Source: an uncultured delta proteobacterium (GTDB taxonomy: Bacteria > Desulfobacterota > Binatia > UBA9968). From it: a DNA stretch of 64,000 bases. Both the position numbers and the translations under genes were made by a program. A model generated the notes under the pieces. The model worked only from the letters and a program-made list of their open reading frames with translations. It made no database searches and had not been told where the DNA came from. Shown one piece after another: positions 28,533 to 38,867 of this stretch. How positions within the stretch are numbered: position 1 is the first letter of the stretch; each line of letters opens with the position of its first letter. The stretch covers positions 1 to 64,000 of the forward strand of contig CAVYTU010000014.1 of assembly GCA_963771465.1 (NCBI GenBank), given 5' to 3'.

Positions 28533-28563
28533 ATGAGGGGTTTCCGACAACGGAAGGACCTCG

Positions 28564-28593
28564 CCGGCGCTGCCTTGTGCCAGGCAGCGCCGG
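28564..28593. terminator. GC-rich hairpin between convergent genes
   Basis: Perfect 12-bp stem ccggcgctgcct / aggcagcgccgg with a 6-nt loop; no strong U-tract. Confidence 0.6.
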
Positions 28594-28607
28594 TCTCGTG
28601 TCGGCTT

Positions 28608-29439
28608 TTAACTCTGCAGATGCTTCTTAAAAAATTCTAACGTCCGGCCCCATGCCTCTTTCGCCGCCTCTTCCCGGATAATTCTGTGGGCTCGTGTCCG
28701 AATTGAAACTATGCGGCGCGCCGGGATAGATCTTGTACTCGAAAGACTTGCCGTATTTTTTCATCGCCGCTTCGAGTTGCGGCACAGCCGATGTAATGCG
28801 CTCATCAGCCCCACCGTACTGACCCAGGACGGGCGCCGTGATGTTTTTCACATCTTCGAGGTTCTGTGGATTGCTGCCGTAGTAGATTACAGACGCGGCC
28901 AAGTCTTTGCTCCGGGTTGTAAAGAGTAAAGCTTTACCACCGCCCCAACAGAAACCGACCACCCCAATCTTGCTAGCGCCGACAAAACTTTGGCCTTTTA
29001 AATAATCTATTCCACCAGTGAGACTTTTGGTGATCGTTTCATCATCTAATCTACGATCACCCGCGATCGCAGCTTCAGATTTTGCAAGCGAACTCGTTCC
29101 ACCTGGGCGCGACAAAAGGTCAGGCGCGAGCGCTACGTAACCGGCTTTGGCAAGCCTTCGCGCCACGTCCCGAATTTGGTCATTGATCCCTTCCCTGCCA
29201 TGAATGACCACTACGGCGGGGCGCGCAACGTCCCCTTTGGGACGGGTGAGATAACCACCGAGTGCGGCACCATCGGTGGATGCAAAGTTGATCTCTGATG
29301 ATGTCAATCCTGGATCGTTGGGATCCACCTGGGCCGCATGTGAAGTTACCGGCATCACTGGGTCAACCAGCAACTTCCCCACCGCTAGTCCCCCGGTAAC
29401 GAGCACGCTTGTTTGTAAAAACTCCCGGCGCGTAACCAT
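28608..29439 (-). CDS. Dienelactone hydrolase family, Tat signal; frameshift near 28675
   Basis: TRREFL, GFCWGG, GAPHSF; removing one C restores YREEAAKEAWGRTLEFFKKHLQS-stop, matching the neighbouring paralog. Confidence 0.88.
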
Positions 29440-29456
29440 CTTGGTACTCCCCGATG

Positions 29457-30332
29457 CTAGCCTTGCAAATGCTTCTTGAAGAACTCTAACGTCCGGCCCC
29501 AAGCATCCTTCGCCGCCTCTGGACGGTACCGGTCCTCCCGGACATCACTGTAAAACGCGTGCGGTGCGTCGGGGTAAATCTTATAGTCATAGGACTTGCC
29601 GTTTTTCTTCATCTCCTCCGCGAGCCTTGGCACCTGCGAGGAAATGGGCTTATCCAGCTCGCCATAGTTGCCCAAGACCGGTCCGGTAATGTTTTTGACC
29701 GCATCGAGATCCTTTGGGATCGGCCCGTAGAATATAACCGTTGCCGCCAAGTCTTTGCTCTGGGTCGTGAAAAGAAAAGTTTTACCGCCGCCCCAACAAA
29801 AGCCGATAACGCCAATTTTATTGGCCTGGACGAAACTTTGACCCTTGATATAGTTTTGCGCACCCATCAAGTCATTCATCACGTTGTCGTCGCTGAGTTT
29901 CGCAATCGCTTTCACGACCTCTTCTCGGCTCGAGAATGAGCTAGTACCGCCAAATCGCGAAACCACATCCGGCACTATCGCAACGTAACCTGCCTTAGCC
30001 AACCTCCGGCCGACGTCTCGATTATGGTCGTCAAGCGCCCAGTTGTCGCTGACCACGATTACTGCCGGCCGTCTGCCGTCTCCCTTCGGCCGGGTAACAT
30101 AGGCGTTAATTGACACACCGTCGGCCGCGGCATATTTGACGTCCGTCGATATCAGCGCCGGGTCGTTCGGTTCCACTTGATTGGCGGCATGGACAGCGGT
30201 TGGACTCAGCGAATCGAGCAATGACGACGCCACTGCCACGCTACCCGTCCACAATATCGCCTTGTGCAAGAACTCCCGGCGCGAGATCAAACCCCTCGAG
30301 AAATCGTTTTTTAACATTTCGATTCTATCCAC
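29457..30332 (-). CDS. Dienelactone hydrolase family, Tat signal
   Basis: SRREFL, GFCWGG, DAPHAF; GAGGAGG RBS with GTG start. Confidence 0.9.
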   Translation of the reverse strand: MDRIEMLKNDFSRGLISRREFLHKAILWTGSVAVASSLLDSLSPTAVHAANQVEPNDPALISTDVKYAAADGVSINAYVTRPKGDGRRPAVIVVSDNWALDDHNRDVGRRLAKAGYVAIVPDVVSRFGGTSSFSSREEVVKAIAKLSDDNVMNDLMGAQNYIKGQSFVQANKIGVIGFCWGGGKTFLFTTQSKDLAATVIFYGPIPKDLDAVKNITGPVLGNYGELDKPISSQVPRLAEEMKKNGKSYDYKIYPDAPHAFYSDVREDRYRPEAAKDAWGRTLEFFKKHLQG

Positions 30333-30639
30333 GACTGTTTCCTCCTCATTGGACTGCTCAGTCAGCAGTTAGACGATTTTCAGCCGATCGATCCCGCCAA
30401 CCACCGTCAGTCAATAACGGCCAGCGGGCATTCATTTAAAAATCTTCGCCATGGTGACAACACACACAGCCAGTCTGCTGCATAGCACAACCGAATTCGC
30501 CTTGAATCACCCCCAATCCCGCTATCGTGGCGACCTTATAACATTTCCCCCGAGCTCTCGCAAAAGTTTTCGTATTGAAAACGCCCTCGGCGAAAAGTCG
30601 AAAACCTCGCGGCATTATTTCTGTACGCTGCGTCACTCC

Positions 30640-31677
30640 TCATCGCGCCGGCAACGGCTCGGCGCCGGCGAGTTTGTTGAACAGCTCGACGACATTGGCA
30701 TCCCGTGGCAGTTCGCGAACGACTTTTTCCAACGCTTCGGCCGCCAGCGGCGACGGCGTCTCGCCGGAAAGTTTTTGGTATTCTTTCATGAATTCGGGGT
30801 CGCTCAAAGTCTTGCGCATCGCTTCCGTGAGCATCTGGACGCGCTCTTTCGGCACGCCCGGCGGCAGGAAAAAGTTTTGTCCGGCGATGCGGAAGGCACG
30901 AAACATCTCCACCATTTTTCGCTCTCGATCGGTTTTGGCGAAGGTCTCGAGTTCGGGAACCTGGGCGAAACGCGGATGGCGCTCGCCCTTGGGAATCTCG
31001 ATGCTGGAGTGAATATCCACCAATCCCTTGTCCAACCATTCGCGATTGCGCCGGATCAGCGAGTCGCCAGTGGTAACCCGACCATCGGCCTCGCGCTGAG
31101 CGATGGCAACATCGATCTCGGGGCCGGTAAAGCCGACGACAAATCGCGGCTCTTTCATTCCCAGCATATACGCGAACACCCTACCCGTGATGTAGATCGG
31201 ATGACCCACCGATTGGCTGGCGATACGTACGTTGGCCGCGCCGCGCAATTTTTCCAAGTTGGACAAGCCCGCGTCTCTGTGGGTGATGAACAAATAATGC
31301 TGCAGGCTGTCCGGCGTGCCGAGATAAATCAACTTGTCGATGTCGTACTGCACCCCCGGCTCGCCGAGTACCGCGTTGGTCACCAGCGCGGCGCCCATGC
31401 TGCCGATGATGAGGCCGTCGGGCTTGGCAACTTTATAGACGTGATTGGCCGCCTGCCGGCCGCCGCCGCCACCCATATGCTGAATTACAATGGTTGGATT
31501 GCCGGGAATATGTTTGCGCAGAATATTAACCACTGCGCGCGTGCGCAAATCCGCCGACCCCGCCGGCGGCCCGCCGAGAACCACGGTAATGGTTTTGTCC
31601 TGGAAAAACGGCGCCTGCGCGAAGCTCGATTCAAGCGCCATGCCGATAAGAAACAACGCAGTCAGAAGAGTTTTCAT
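30640..31677 (-). CDS. Tripartite tricarboxylate transporter substrate-binding protein (TctC/Bug)
   Basis: KHIPGNPTIVIQHMGGGGG..AAN.VYK.AKPDGL, PPGVPKER. Confidence 0.9.
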   Translation of the reverse strand: MKTLLTALFLIGMALESSFAQAPFFQDKTITVVLGGPPAGSADLRTRAVVNILRKHIPGNPTIVIQHMGGGGGRQAANHVYKVAKPDGLIIGSMGAALVTNAVLGEPGVQYDIDKLIYLGTPDSLQHYLFITHRDAGLSNLEKLRGAANVRIASQSVGHPIYITGRVFAYMLGMKEPRFVVGFTGPEIDVAIAQREADGRVTTGDSLIRRNREWLDKGLVDIHSSIEIPKGERHPRFAQVPELETFAKTDRERKMVEMFRAFRIAGQNFFLPPGVPKERVQMLTEAMRKTLSDPEFMKEYQKLSGETPSPLAAEALEKVVRELPRDANVVELFNKLAGAEPLPAR

Positions 31678-31865
31678 TTCCCTACCTCGATGAAATATTC
31701 CAATTCTTCACTGCCTCCTACCGCAGTCGAGCGCAATTGTCTACGTCGCTGCGGAGGATGCGCCAAGCGAGCTAGCAAATTCGTTTACTTTCTTTGACTT
31801 CGCTGGCTTTTCTGCGCTATGGAATGCAGCGTAGATGGGACTCGACATCGTCAGGGAGATTTCGC

Positions 31866-32984
31866 ATGATTCATTGGTTGTGGATTAACCAGATGCTATT
31901 GCTCGGCGCGCTTTTGCTCGCGCTCTTTCATGGCGCCGCCCTGTCAGCCGACGCGCCGGAAGATTGGAAAAAAATAATCGAAGCCGCCAAGAAGGAAGGC
32001 AAAGTCGTCGCCGGCGGCCCGCCGACCGCGGTGCTGCGCAAACAGTTTAAGGAAACCTTCGAGAGCCGCTTCGGCATCGAGCTGGAGTTGCTCTCGGCGC
32101 CGGGACCGCAGAATGCGCAGCGGGCGATCGCCGAATTCAAAGCCGGGGTAAAACATTTCGATGTGCTGCATGGCGGCTCGGGCACGTTGGAGCCGCTGCG
32201 CAACGAGAACATGCTGGCGCCGTTCATGGATCAGTTGATCCTCGCCGAGGTGCGCGATCCCAAGCAATGGTGGGGCGGCCACATGTGGGAGGATAACGTC
32301 AAAACCAACCGCTTCATCTATTCATTCTCCGCCGACTTCTCGGTGCCGCCGTTTTACAACTCCGATTTGGTCAAGCCCGGCGAGATCAGTTCCTACGACG
32401 ATCTATTGCAGCCGAAATGGAAAGGCAAGATCGGCATGTTCGAGCCGCGCGTGCCGAGCGCCGGCCAGGGGCTGTGGGGATATTTGATGCGCGCCAAAGG
32501 CAAGGAATACTTACAAAAGCTCGCTGAGCAAAATCTTTACATCCACCGCGACGGACAGCAGCTCGCGGTGGGCCTGGCCAAGGGCAATCTCGCGGTGGCG
32601 CTGGCGCTCTCGCAACGCTTCGTCGATCCCTACATCAAAGGCGGTCTGCCGATAAAAGTGCTCACGTCGGTCAAGGAAGGCATGGGCGGCAGCAATGGCT
32701 TCGGCACCGTGGCGGTCATGGCGAATGCGCCGCATCCCAACGCGACCCGAGTCTACATCAACTGGCTGCTTGGGAAAGAAGGCCAAGAACTCTACGGCCG
32801 CGCGCTGACCCAAGGCAGCCGCCGTTTCGACGTCGACACCAAATGGCTGGCGCGCTACAACACGCCGGCTGCCAAAGACGTCACCACGCCCGAAGAGTTC
32901 GAGAAAGTCCGCTTTTACGGCGAAGACGTGGTCAAGAACTGGCGCGAGCCGGCCGGCGAGTTCGCGCGCAAGATTCTAAAATAG
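31866..32984 (+). CDS. ABC extracellular solute-binding protein (Fe3+/thiamine-binding family)
   Basis: AAKKEGKV, DLLQPKWKGKI, NAPHPNA...NWLL.KEGQ. Confidence 0.88.
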   Translation: MIHWLWINQMLLLGALLLALFHGAALSADAPEDWKKIIEAAKKEGKVVAGGPPTAVLRKQFKETFESRFGIELELLSAPGPQNAQRAIAEFKAGVKHFDVLHGGSGTLEPLRNENMLAPFMDQLILAEVRDPKQWWGGHMWEDNVKTNRFIYSFSADFSVPPFYNSDLVKPGEISSYDDLLQPKWKGKIGMFEPRVPSAGQGLWGYLMRAKGKEYLQKLAEQNLYIHRDGQQLAVGLAKGNLAVALALSQRFVDPYIKGGLPIKVLTSVKEGMGGSNGFGTVAVMANAPHPNATRVYINWLLGKEGQELYGRALTQGSRRFDVDTKWLARYNTPAAKDVTTPEEFEKVRFYGEDVVKNWREPAGEFARKILK

Positions 32985-33025
32985 ACGACCGCCTCAACGG
33001 TTAAGTGGTCGTCAGCGGTAGAATA

Positions 33026-34021
33026 ATGCCTCTTAAATCGATTTCCCTTTGCCTCGTAGTCCTCGGCCTCGCATCTTTTGCAACAGCGCAAGACAAGAAA
33101 CTGCCGTCCATCACCGTCGGCTACTCGGCGATCAGCGGCAGCTTCGCGCCGCTCTGGGCGGCGCACGATCAAGGCTTGTTCGCCAAGCATGGCGTCGATA
33201 CCAAGCTCGCTTACATCCAGGGCAATCGTGTGATGCTCTCCGCGCTCACCGCCGGCGAAATTCAACTCTATCAAGGCGGCGCCGAGGGTTTGATCCGGCT
33301 GGTCTCCGGCGGCGGCGACGGCATCTTCATCGCCACCCAATACAACACCGTGGCGCACTACGTCTTGCTCACCGATCCGAGCATCACCAAACTCGAAGAG
33401 CTGCGCGGTAAGCGCATCGCCATCGATCCGACCAGCCCGACCTACGGCTACATGCTCAAAGCGCTTGAAACCGTCGGCGTGCGCAAGGACGAAGTCCAGT
33501 TCGTCCAATTCGGCAGCGCCGGCCAACCGGAGCGCACCGCCGCGGTGCTGCGCAAACAGGCATCGGCGACAATCCTAACGGCGCCCAATACTTACGCAGC
33601 GGAGAAGCAAGGCTTGAGAAAGTTTTCCATCATCCGCGATCTCGGCATACGCCAACTGATCACGATCACCGGCACGACGAAAAAATTCATGCGCGAGAAA
33701 CGCGACGTTGCAGACGGTTTTCTGCGCGGCTATGTGGAAGGCCTGGCCTTTGTACGATCGCAAAAGGAAGCGACGATGAAAATCATCGCCAAATACACGC
33801 GCCAGCGCGATCCGGAGATCCTCATCAAGTTTTACGAAGAGATGGCACCCGACTTGCCGCGCGTGCCGTACGTCGACGAAACCTCCGCGCGCGCGACCAT
33901 CGAAGCCATGCAGGCCCAAGGGCCGCCGCTGCCCAAAGTCGATGTCAAAGGAATTTTCGATAACAGCTATCTGAAGGCGTTGGAGAATAGCGGTTTCGTC
34001 GACAAGGTTAACGCGCGATGA
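33026..34021 (+). CDS. SsuA/NMT1-type ABC substrate-binding protein
   Basis: Signal peptide, PLWAAHDQGLFAKHG, ELRGKRI, DNSYLKALENSGF. Confidence 0.88.
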   Translation: MPLKSISLCLVVLGLASFATAQDKKLPSITVGYSAISGSFAPLWAAHDQGLFAKHGVDTKLAYIQGNRVMLSALTAGEIQLYQGGAEGLIRLVSGGGDGIFIATQYNTVAHYVLLTDPSITKLEELRGKRIAIDPTSPTYGYMLKALETVGVRKDEVQFVQFGSAGQPERTAAVLRKQASATILTAPNTYAAEKQGLRKFSIIRDLGIRQLITITGTTKKFMREKRDVADGFLRGYVEGLAFVRSQKEATMKIIAKYTRQRDPEILIKFYEEMAPDLPRVPYVDETSARATIEAMQAQGPPLPKVDVKGIFDNSYLKALENSGFVDKVNAR

Positions 34022-34043
34022 TTACGTCAGGACAAATTACCAA

Positions 34044-34133
34044 GGTCGAGGATGGAGGATAGAGGATCGATGATCGCAACTGAACGAACTCGAATTCTTA
34101 CCATCCTCAATCCTCCATCATCCATAATCGACC
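34044..34133. repeat. 7-nt periodic palindrome, copy 2
   Basis: ggtcgaggatggaggatagaggatcgatgat...ccatcctcaatcctccatcatccataatcgacc. Confidence 0.82.
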
Positions 34134-34148
34134 ATTAAGGAGAGCCCA

Positions 34149-34871
34149 ATGCGCTACGAACTCTACTACCAACCGTCGATCCAAGGCCGCGGCGAATTCG
34201 TCCGGCTCGCGCTCGAAGACGCCGGCGCCGACTACGTCGACATCGCGCGCGATCCCAGCGTCGGCCGCGCGGGTATAACCAAAGTTCTCGAAGATCCTAC
34301 AGTCGAGCATCCGTCATTCGCGCCGCCTTTTCTCAAAGCGGGCAAGCTCATGATCGGCCAGACGGCGAATATTTTACAATATCTCGGCCCGCGCCTGGGC
34401 TTGGCCCCCAAAGACCAAGCGAGCCGCATTTGGGCGCATCAGATGCAGCTCACGGTGACCGATTGGGTCGCGGAAGTCAGCCTGGTGCACCATCCGATCG
34501 CCAATGCGCTTTACTATGAAGAGCAAAAAGACGAAGCGAAAAAGCGCGCGTCCTATTTCACGTCGCTGCGCATCCCAAAATTTCTCAGCTATTATGAGAA
34601 AATCCTGCAAAAAAATCCGAAAGGCTCGGTATTTCTATTCGGCAGGAAGATTTGTTACGTCGACCTGTCGCTGTTTCAAATGGTCGAAGGATTGCGCTAC
34701 GCTTTTCCCAGGGCGATGACAAAGCTGGAAGCGAACTATCCGCGCGTCGTCGCGCTCCATGACAAAGTCGGCGCTCGGCCGCGACTGAAAAAATATCTCG
34801 CGTCGCCGCGCCGCTTGGCGTTCAATACCAACGGCATCTTTCGTCACTATCCGGAACTGGACGAGCAGTAG
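34149..34871 (+). CDS. Glutathione S-transferase
   Basis: YELYY.PSIQGRGEFVRLALE, FAPPFL, QTANIL, YVDLSLFQ. Confidence 0.92.
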   Translation: MRYELYYQPSIQGRGEFVRLALEDAGADYVDIARDPSVGRAGITKVLEDPTVEHPSFAPPFLKAGKLMIGQTANILQYLGPRLGLAPKDQASRIWAHQMQLTVTDWVAEVSLVHHPIANALYYEEQKDEAKKRASYFTSLRIPKFLSYYEKILQKNPKGSVFLFGRKICYVDLSLFQMVEGLRYAFPRAMTKLEANYPRVVALHDKVGARPRLKKYLASPRRLAFNTNGIFRHYPELDEQ

Positions 34872-34906
34872 CGGAGATTTCAGGGAGAAATCATTGAGGT
34901 GAACTA

Positions 34907-35566
34907 ATGGCGATCGAACTCTATTGGGGCAGCGGCAGTCCGTTCGCGTGGCGCGTCATGCTCACGCTCGAAGTCAAAGGTCTGGCGTACCAATCGAAGT
35001 TACTCGAATTCTCCAAAGGCGAGCATAAGACTCGCGCCTATCTGCAACTCAATCCGCGCGGCAAAGTGCCGACTCTCAAAGACGGCGATTACGTCGTCAA
35101 CGAGTCGCTCGCGATCATGAGTTATCTCGACCGCAAATATCCCGAGCCGCAGCTCTTTGGCAAAACTCCGGAGGAAACTGGACTGATCTGGCGCTTCCTA
35201 ACGGAATGCGAGGCCTATCTTGTCAGCGCCAGCGACAAAGTCGTCCGGCCGATTTTTTTTGGCAAAGGATTGGACAAAGTCGACGAGATCCAACTTGGCG
35301 CGCAAACGGTGCGCCAAGAATTTACCCAGCTCAATGAGCGTCTCGCCGGTCACGATTGGTTAGTTGGAGAAAGCATCACCGCCGCCGACATCGGCGTATT
35401 TCCCATCATCCAGCTATTCTTGCGCGCCGCCTCGAAAGACGCGGCACAACCGTTCGATTTGGGTCTGCTGCCATTGGCGCAACATTATCCGAATCTCGCG
35501 CGTTGGACGGCGCGCATCGAAGCGCTGCCCAATTACCAACGCACCTACCCACCGCACTGGCGCTAG
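34907..35566 (+). CDS. Glutathione S-transferase
   Basis: GSGSPFAWRV, NPRGKVPTL, ESLAI, TAADI. Confidence 0.93.
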   Translation: MAIELYWGSGSPFAWRVMLTLEVKGLAYQSKLLEFSKGEHKTRAYLQLNPRGKVPTLKDGDYVVNESLAIMSYLDRKYPEPQLFGKTPEETGLIWRFLTECEAYLVSASDKVVRPIFFGKGLDKVDEIQLGAQTVRQEFTQLNERLAGHDWLVGESITAADIGVFPIIQLFLRAASKDAAQPFDLGLLPLAQHYPNLARWTARIEALPNYQRTYPPHWR

Positions 35567-35608
35567 CAGCCGCGATTCGCTAGTGTTTAAAAAAAGGAGG
35601 ATTGAGCC

Positions 35609-36019
35609 ATGGCGACAAAATTTTCCGGCGGCTGCTTGTGCGGCGCGGTGCGCTACGTGTGCGAAGCCGATCCCATATTTATGGGCAATTGCCACTGTCG
35701 CGATTGTCAAAAGGCGAGTGGCGGCGCGTATGATCCTGCCATCGGACTGCCGGCAGCGGCGTTAACGATCACGGGCAAAGTTAAGTATCACGATAGCAAA
35801 GCGGATAGTGGCAATACCCTGAGCCGGGGCTTTTGCCCGGAGTGCGGCGCGCGGTTGTTCGGAAAGGCCAGCGCAATGCCCGACCTTGCGCTGATTACCG
35901 CCGGCAGTCTCGACGATCCGAGCCAGTATACGCCGAACATGGATATCTTCACGGCGAGCGCCCAGCCGTGGGATCATATGAATCCGGCGCTGGCGAAATT
36001 TCCCAAGATGCCGTTGTGA
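35609..36019 (+). CDS. GFA / CENP-V family protein
   Basis: GGCLCGAVRY, CHCRDCQK, FCPECG. Confidence 0.93.
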   Translation: MATKFSGGCLCGAVRYVCEADPIFMGNCHCRDCQKASGGAYDPAIGLPAAALTITGKVKYHDSKADSGNTLSRGFCPECGARLFGKASAMPDLALITAGSLDDPSQYTPNMDIFTASAQPWDHMNPALAKFPKMPL

Positions 36020-36039
36020 TCGAAATCTCCGCAACGTAA

Positions 36040-37020
36040 ATGATACGTCCGACACAATGCGCTGCCCGCGCAGCGCTCGCTTTGCTGCTTCTCCAGTTTC
36101 TCGTCGGTTCCGTTAACAGCGCGGAAAAAGCCAAGCTCACCATCGGCTACTCCACCACAGGTCCCACCGCCGTGGGTTTGTGGATGGCCAAAGAGATCGG
36201 CGCCTTCGGCAAATACGGTGTCGAACCCAGTTTCGTTTTCATCTCGTCGAGCCCGGTGATGGTGCCGGCGTTGATCGGCGGCGACGTTCAGTGCGCCATC
36301 GCCGGCGCCAACGCGGTGATCGCCGCGGCGCTCGGCGGCGCGCCGATCGTCTCGGTGGCGAGTCTGGCCAATCGTCCCTATCTCCGCTTGTGGGCGCAGC
36401 CTGAATACAATCGGATCGAAGAACTGCGCGGCAAAACCTTCGGCGTATCGCGCTTCGGCGCCACCACCGACAATCTGACGCGCATCTTACTCCGCCGCGT
36501 CGGCTTGGAAAATGCCGTCACCATCCGCCAACTCGGCGGCACCCTCGAAGTCGGCCTGGCCTTTCGCCATCGCCAGATCGACGCAGCCGTGCTTGCCACG
36601 TTGCGCACCGACGCGCCCTATCGCATGTTGCTCGAGCTCGCCGACTCCGGCATTCAATATTCCATGGGGCAGTTAGTAGTCGCGCGCGAATTCCAACGCC
36701 GCTCGCCCGATACCCTGGAAAAAATCCTGCGCGCCTACATCGAAGGCGTCGCCGCACTGCGCGATCCGAGCCAGAAAAATCGCGTGACTAAAACCATCGC
36801 TGACTTCAGCCGGCTCAAAGAAGCCAGAGCGATCGAAGAGATTTACAGCGACGCGGCGAAATACGTCGACCGCATCCCGCGCGTCGAGCCGGAAGCGGTC
36901 GCTGCCACGTTGGAGTTAATGGGCAAGAAAGGCTTGGCGATCGAAACCTTCGCCGACAATTCCATCGTCGATCGCCTGGTTCGCGAAGGATTTATCGAGC
37001 AAGTCTACAAGAAACGGTAA
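36040..37020 (+). CDS. SsuA/NMT1-type ABC substrate-binding protein
   Basis: LWMAKEIGAFGKYG, ELRGKTFGVSRFGA, DNSIVDRLVREGF. Confidence 0.88.
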   Translation: MIRPTQCAARAALALLLLQFLVGSVNSAEKAKLTIGYSTTGPTAVGLWMAKEIGAFGKYGVEPSFVFISSSPVMVPALIGGDVQCAIAGANAVIAAALGGAPIVSVASLANRPYLRLWAQPEYNRIEELRGKTFGVSRFGATTDNLTRILLRRVGLENAVTIRQLGGTLEVGLAFRHRQIDAAVLATLRTDAPYRMLLELADSGIQYSMGQLVVAREFQRRSPDTLEKILRAYIEGVAALRDPSQKNRVTKTIADFSRLKEARAIEEIYSDAAKYVDRIPRVEPEAVAATLELMGKKGLAIETFADNSIVDRLVREGFIEQVYKKR

Positions 37021-37168
37021 GTCATTCACTCGGCCAAATTACGAGAATCCTCGTCGTCATCTCACGCCGCATTGCTTTGACATCACGGCGCGCCTTCAGC
37101 TAGTCTCCATCAATAAAGAACGATCGCCTGAAATCAGTAAACCATAAGTCGCCTAAAAGGAATTACTC

Positions 37169-38320
37169 ATGGCAGAAACAATATTGCTCGACGCGGATTC
37201 TCATGTCAGTGAACCTTTGAACCTTTGGAAGGAACGCTTGCCGGCGAAGTATCGCGACATCGCGCCGCATATGGAGACCCGATACGACGGCCAACCCGGC
37301 GCATGGTGGTTCATCGAACAGGATCGCCACCCGCACAACGTAATCTTGGGTTTTGGCGCCAACAAGTCCATCGAAGAATTGCAGAAACTATTAGAAGGCT
37401 TCTCCTACGCCGGCGCGCACCGCGGCGGCTGGGATCCGGCGCAGCGGCTCAAAGACATGGATCAGGACGGCGTCGCCGGCGACGTGCTTTACACGACCCT
37501 CGGTTTTCGTATGTTTTGGATCAAAGATGCCGGCTTTCAACGCGCCTGCTTTCAAGTCTATAACGACTGGCTCGCGGAGTTCTGCGCTTATTCGCCGAAA
37601 CGGCTAAAGGGCTTGGGGCTTGTTTCGCTATACGATCCCAAGCAAGCCGCTGAAGATTTGGCGGACTGCGCCAAGAAGGGATTGGCGGGAGCGATCATCT
37701 GGGCGTCGCCGCCGGAGGAGCTGCCGTTTCACTCGGAAAGCTACGACCCTTTCTGGGCCGCAGCGCAGGAGCTTAAAATGCCGCTGAGCCTGCACGAATT
37801 CGCCGGCTTTCAATGGGTAGATTGGGATTCCAACCCCAAAAAGCGCACCGTCGCCCAGGCGATCAATTCCCACGAAGTCGAGACGACGTTCGCCACGTTG
37901 ATCTTGTCCGGTGTCCTCGAGCGATTTCCCGGCCTCAAAGTTGTCTCGGCGGAATTGAACTGCGGCTGGCTGCCATTTTTTCTATTTCGCGTCGACGAAC
38001 GCTTCGGCGCCACCGGCATCCGCTTTCGCGGCACGCCGTTTCCGACCAAGCTAAAACTCAAACCGAGCGAATATTTTCGCCGCCAACTCTACGCCACATT
38101 CATCGACGACGGCTTCGGCGTCGCTCATCGCCACGATATCGGCGTGGACAATATTCTTTGGTCTTCGGACTTCCCTCACAGCGCGACGTTCTGGCCCAAG
38201 TCGCGGGAAAAGATCGCCGCCGATTTCCAAACGGTCGACGCCGCCGATAAGCAAAAAATTCTCTGCGACAATACGGCGAAGCTATACGGCTTTGAGGTGA
38301 ATTCAGAATCGAAGCGATGA
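37169..38320 (+). CDS. Amidohydrolase family 2 protein
   Basis: DADSH, RLKDMDQDGV, YNDWLAEFC, LSLH, WSSDFPH. Confidence 0.92.
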   Translation: MAETILLDADSHVSEPLNLWKERLPAKYRDIAPHMETRYDGQPGAWWFIEQDRHPHNVILGFGANKSIEELQKLLEGFSYAGAHRGGWDPAQRLKDMDQDGVAGDVLYTTLGFRMFWIKDAGFQRACFQVYNDWLAEFCAYSPKRLKGLGLVSLYDPKQAAEDLADCAKKGLAGAIIWASPPEELPFHSESYDPFWAAAQELKMPLSLHEFAGFQWVDWDSNPKKRTVAQAINSHEVETTFATLILSGVLERFPGLKVVSAELNCGWLPFFLFRVDERFGATGIRFRGTPFPTKLKLKPSEYFRRQLYATFIDDGFGVAHRHDIGVDNILWSSDFPHSATFWPKSREKIAADFQTVDAADKQKILCDNTAKLYGFEVNSESKR

Positions 38321-38468
38321 ATCCAATATTATTATTGCGACGGCCACTCCAGCCGCGCTGGGCTATAAGAATAATCGGGACTGACTTCTACCCGAACAAG
38401 CTGTTTCGTAAGCGCCGTACGCTACTCTCTGCTTAAGGAACCAACCCTGGAGGGTCAGGATTGAGCCA

Positions 38469-38795
38469 TTAATCCCCGTCGCGACTGTTCATCGCGATCT
38501 CCGTGCACATCCGCTGCTCAACTTGTTTCAACTCCCTATCGTCGGGATTAACCGGCGGGCCGTATTTATCAACGAATATCGCCCCGCAGGACTGATCAAC
38601 AAATGCGTATTGCGTGTGCACGTATCCGGGGGAATCGGATTTCTCTTCTTTAATGACGACTATGGTCCCGTTAGGTAGCCTTGACGTATCCATGCTCGCG
38701 AACGACTCGGCCATAGATCGGCTATCTGCAAACGAGCTCGAAGTTAACAATGAAATCGCCAGGAAAATAGCAACACCAAGACCTTTTATGTACAT
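38469..38795 (-). CDS. Small secreted hypothetical protein with two Cys
   Basis: AAAGGAGG RBS, signal peptide ending SSFA-D, upstream sigma54 motif. Confidence 0.75.
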   Translation of the reverse strand: MYIKGLGVAIFLAISLLTSSSFADSRSMAESFASMDTSRLPNGTIVVIKEEKSDSPGYVHTQYAFVDQSCGAIFVDKYGPPVNPDDRELKQVEQRMCTEIAMNSRDGD

Positions 38796-38850
38796 AGATT
38801 TCCTCCTTTCGAATTCGACCCTCCAGGCGTTGTTCCTGGAAGATATATGG

Positions 38851-38867
38851 TGCAATTCGGATACCAA
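38851..38867 (-). promoter_or_regulatory. Sigma54 (-24/-12) promoter
   Basis: Minus strand TTGGTATCCGAATTGCA, with exact GG-N10-GC spacing. Confidence 0.7.

Noticed and set aside
30451-31797. 448-aa plus-strand ORF
   Set aside because: Antisense shadow of the TctC gene with no recognisable motifs; long shadows are common in GC-rich coding DNA
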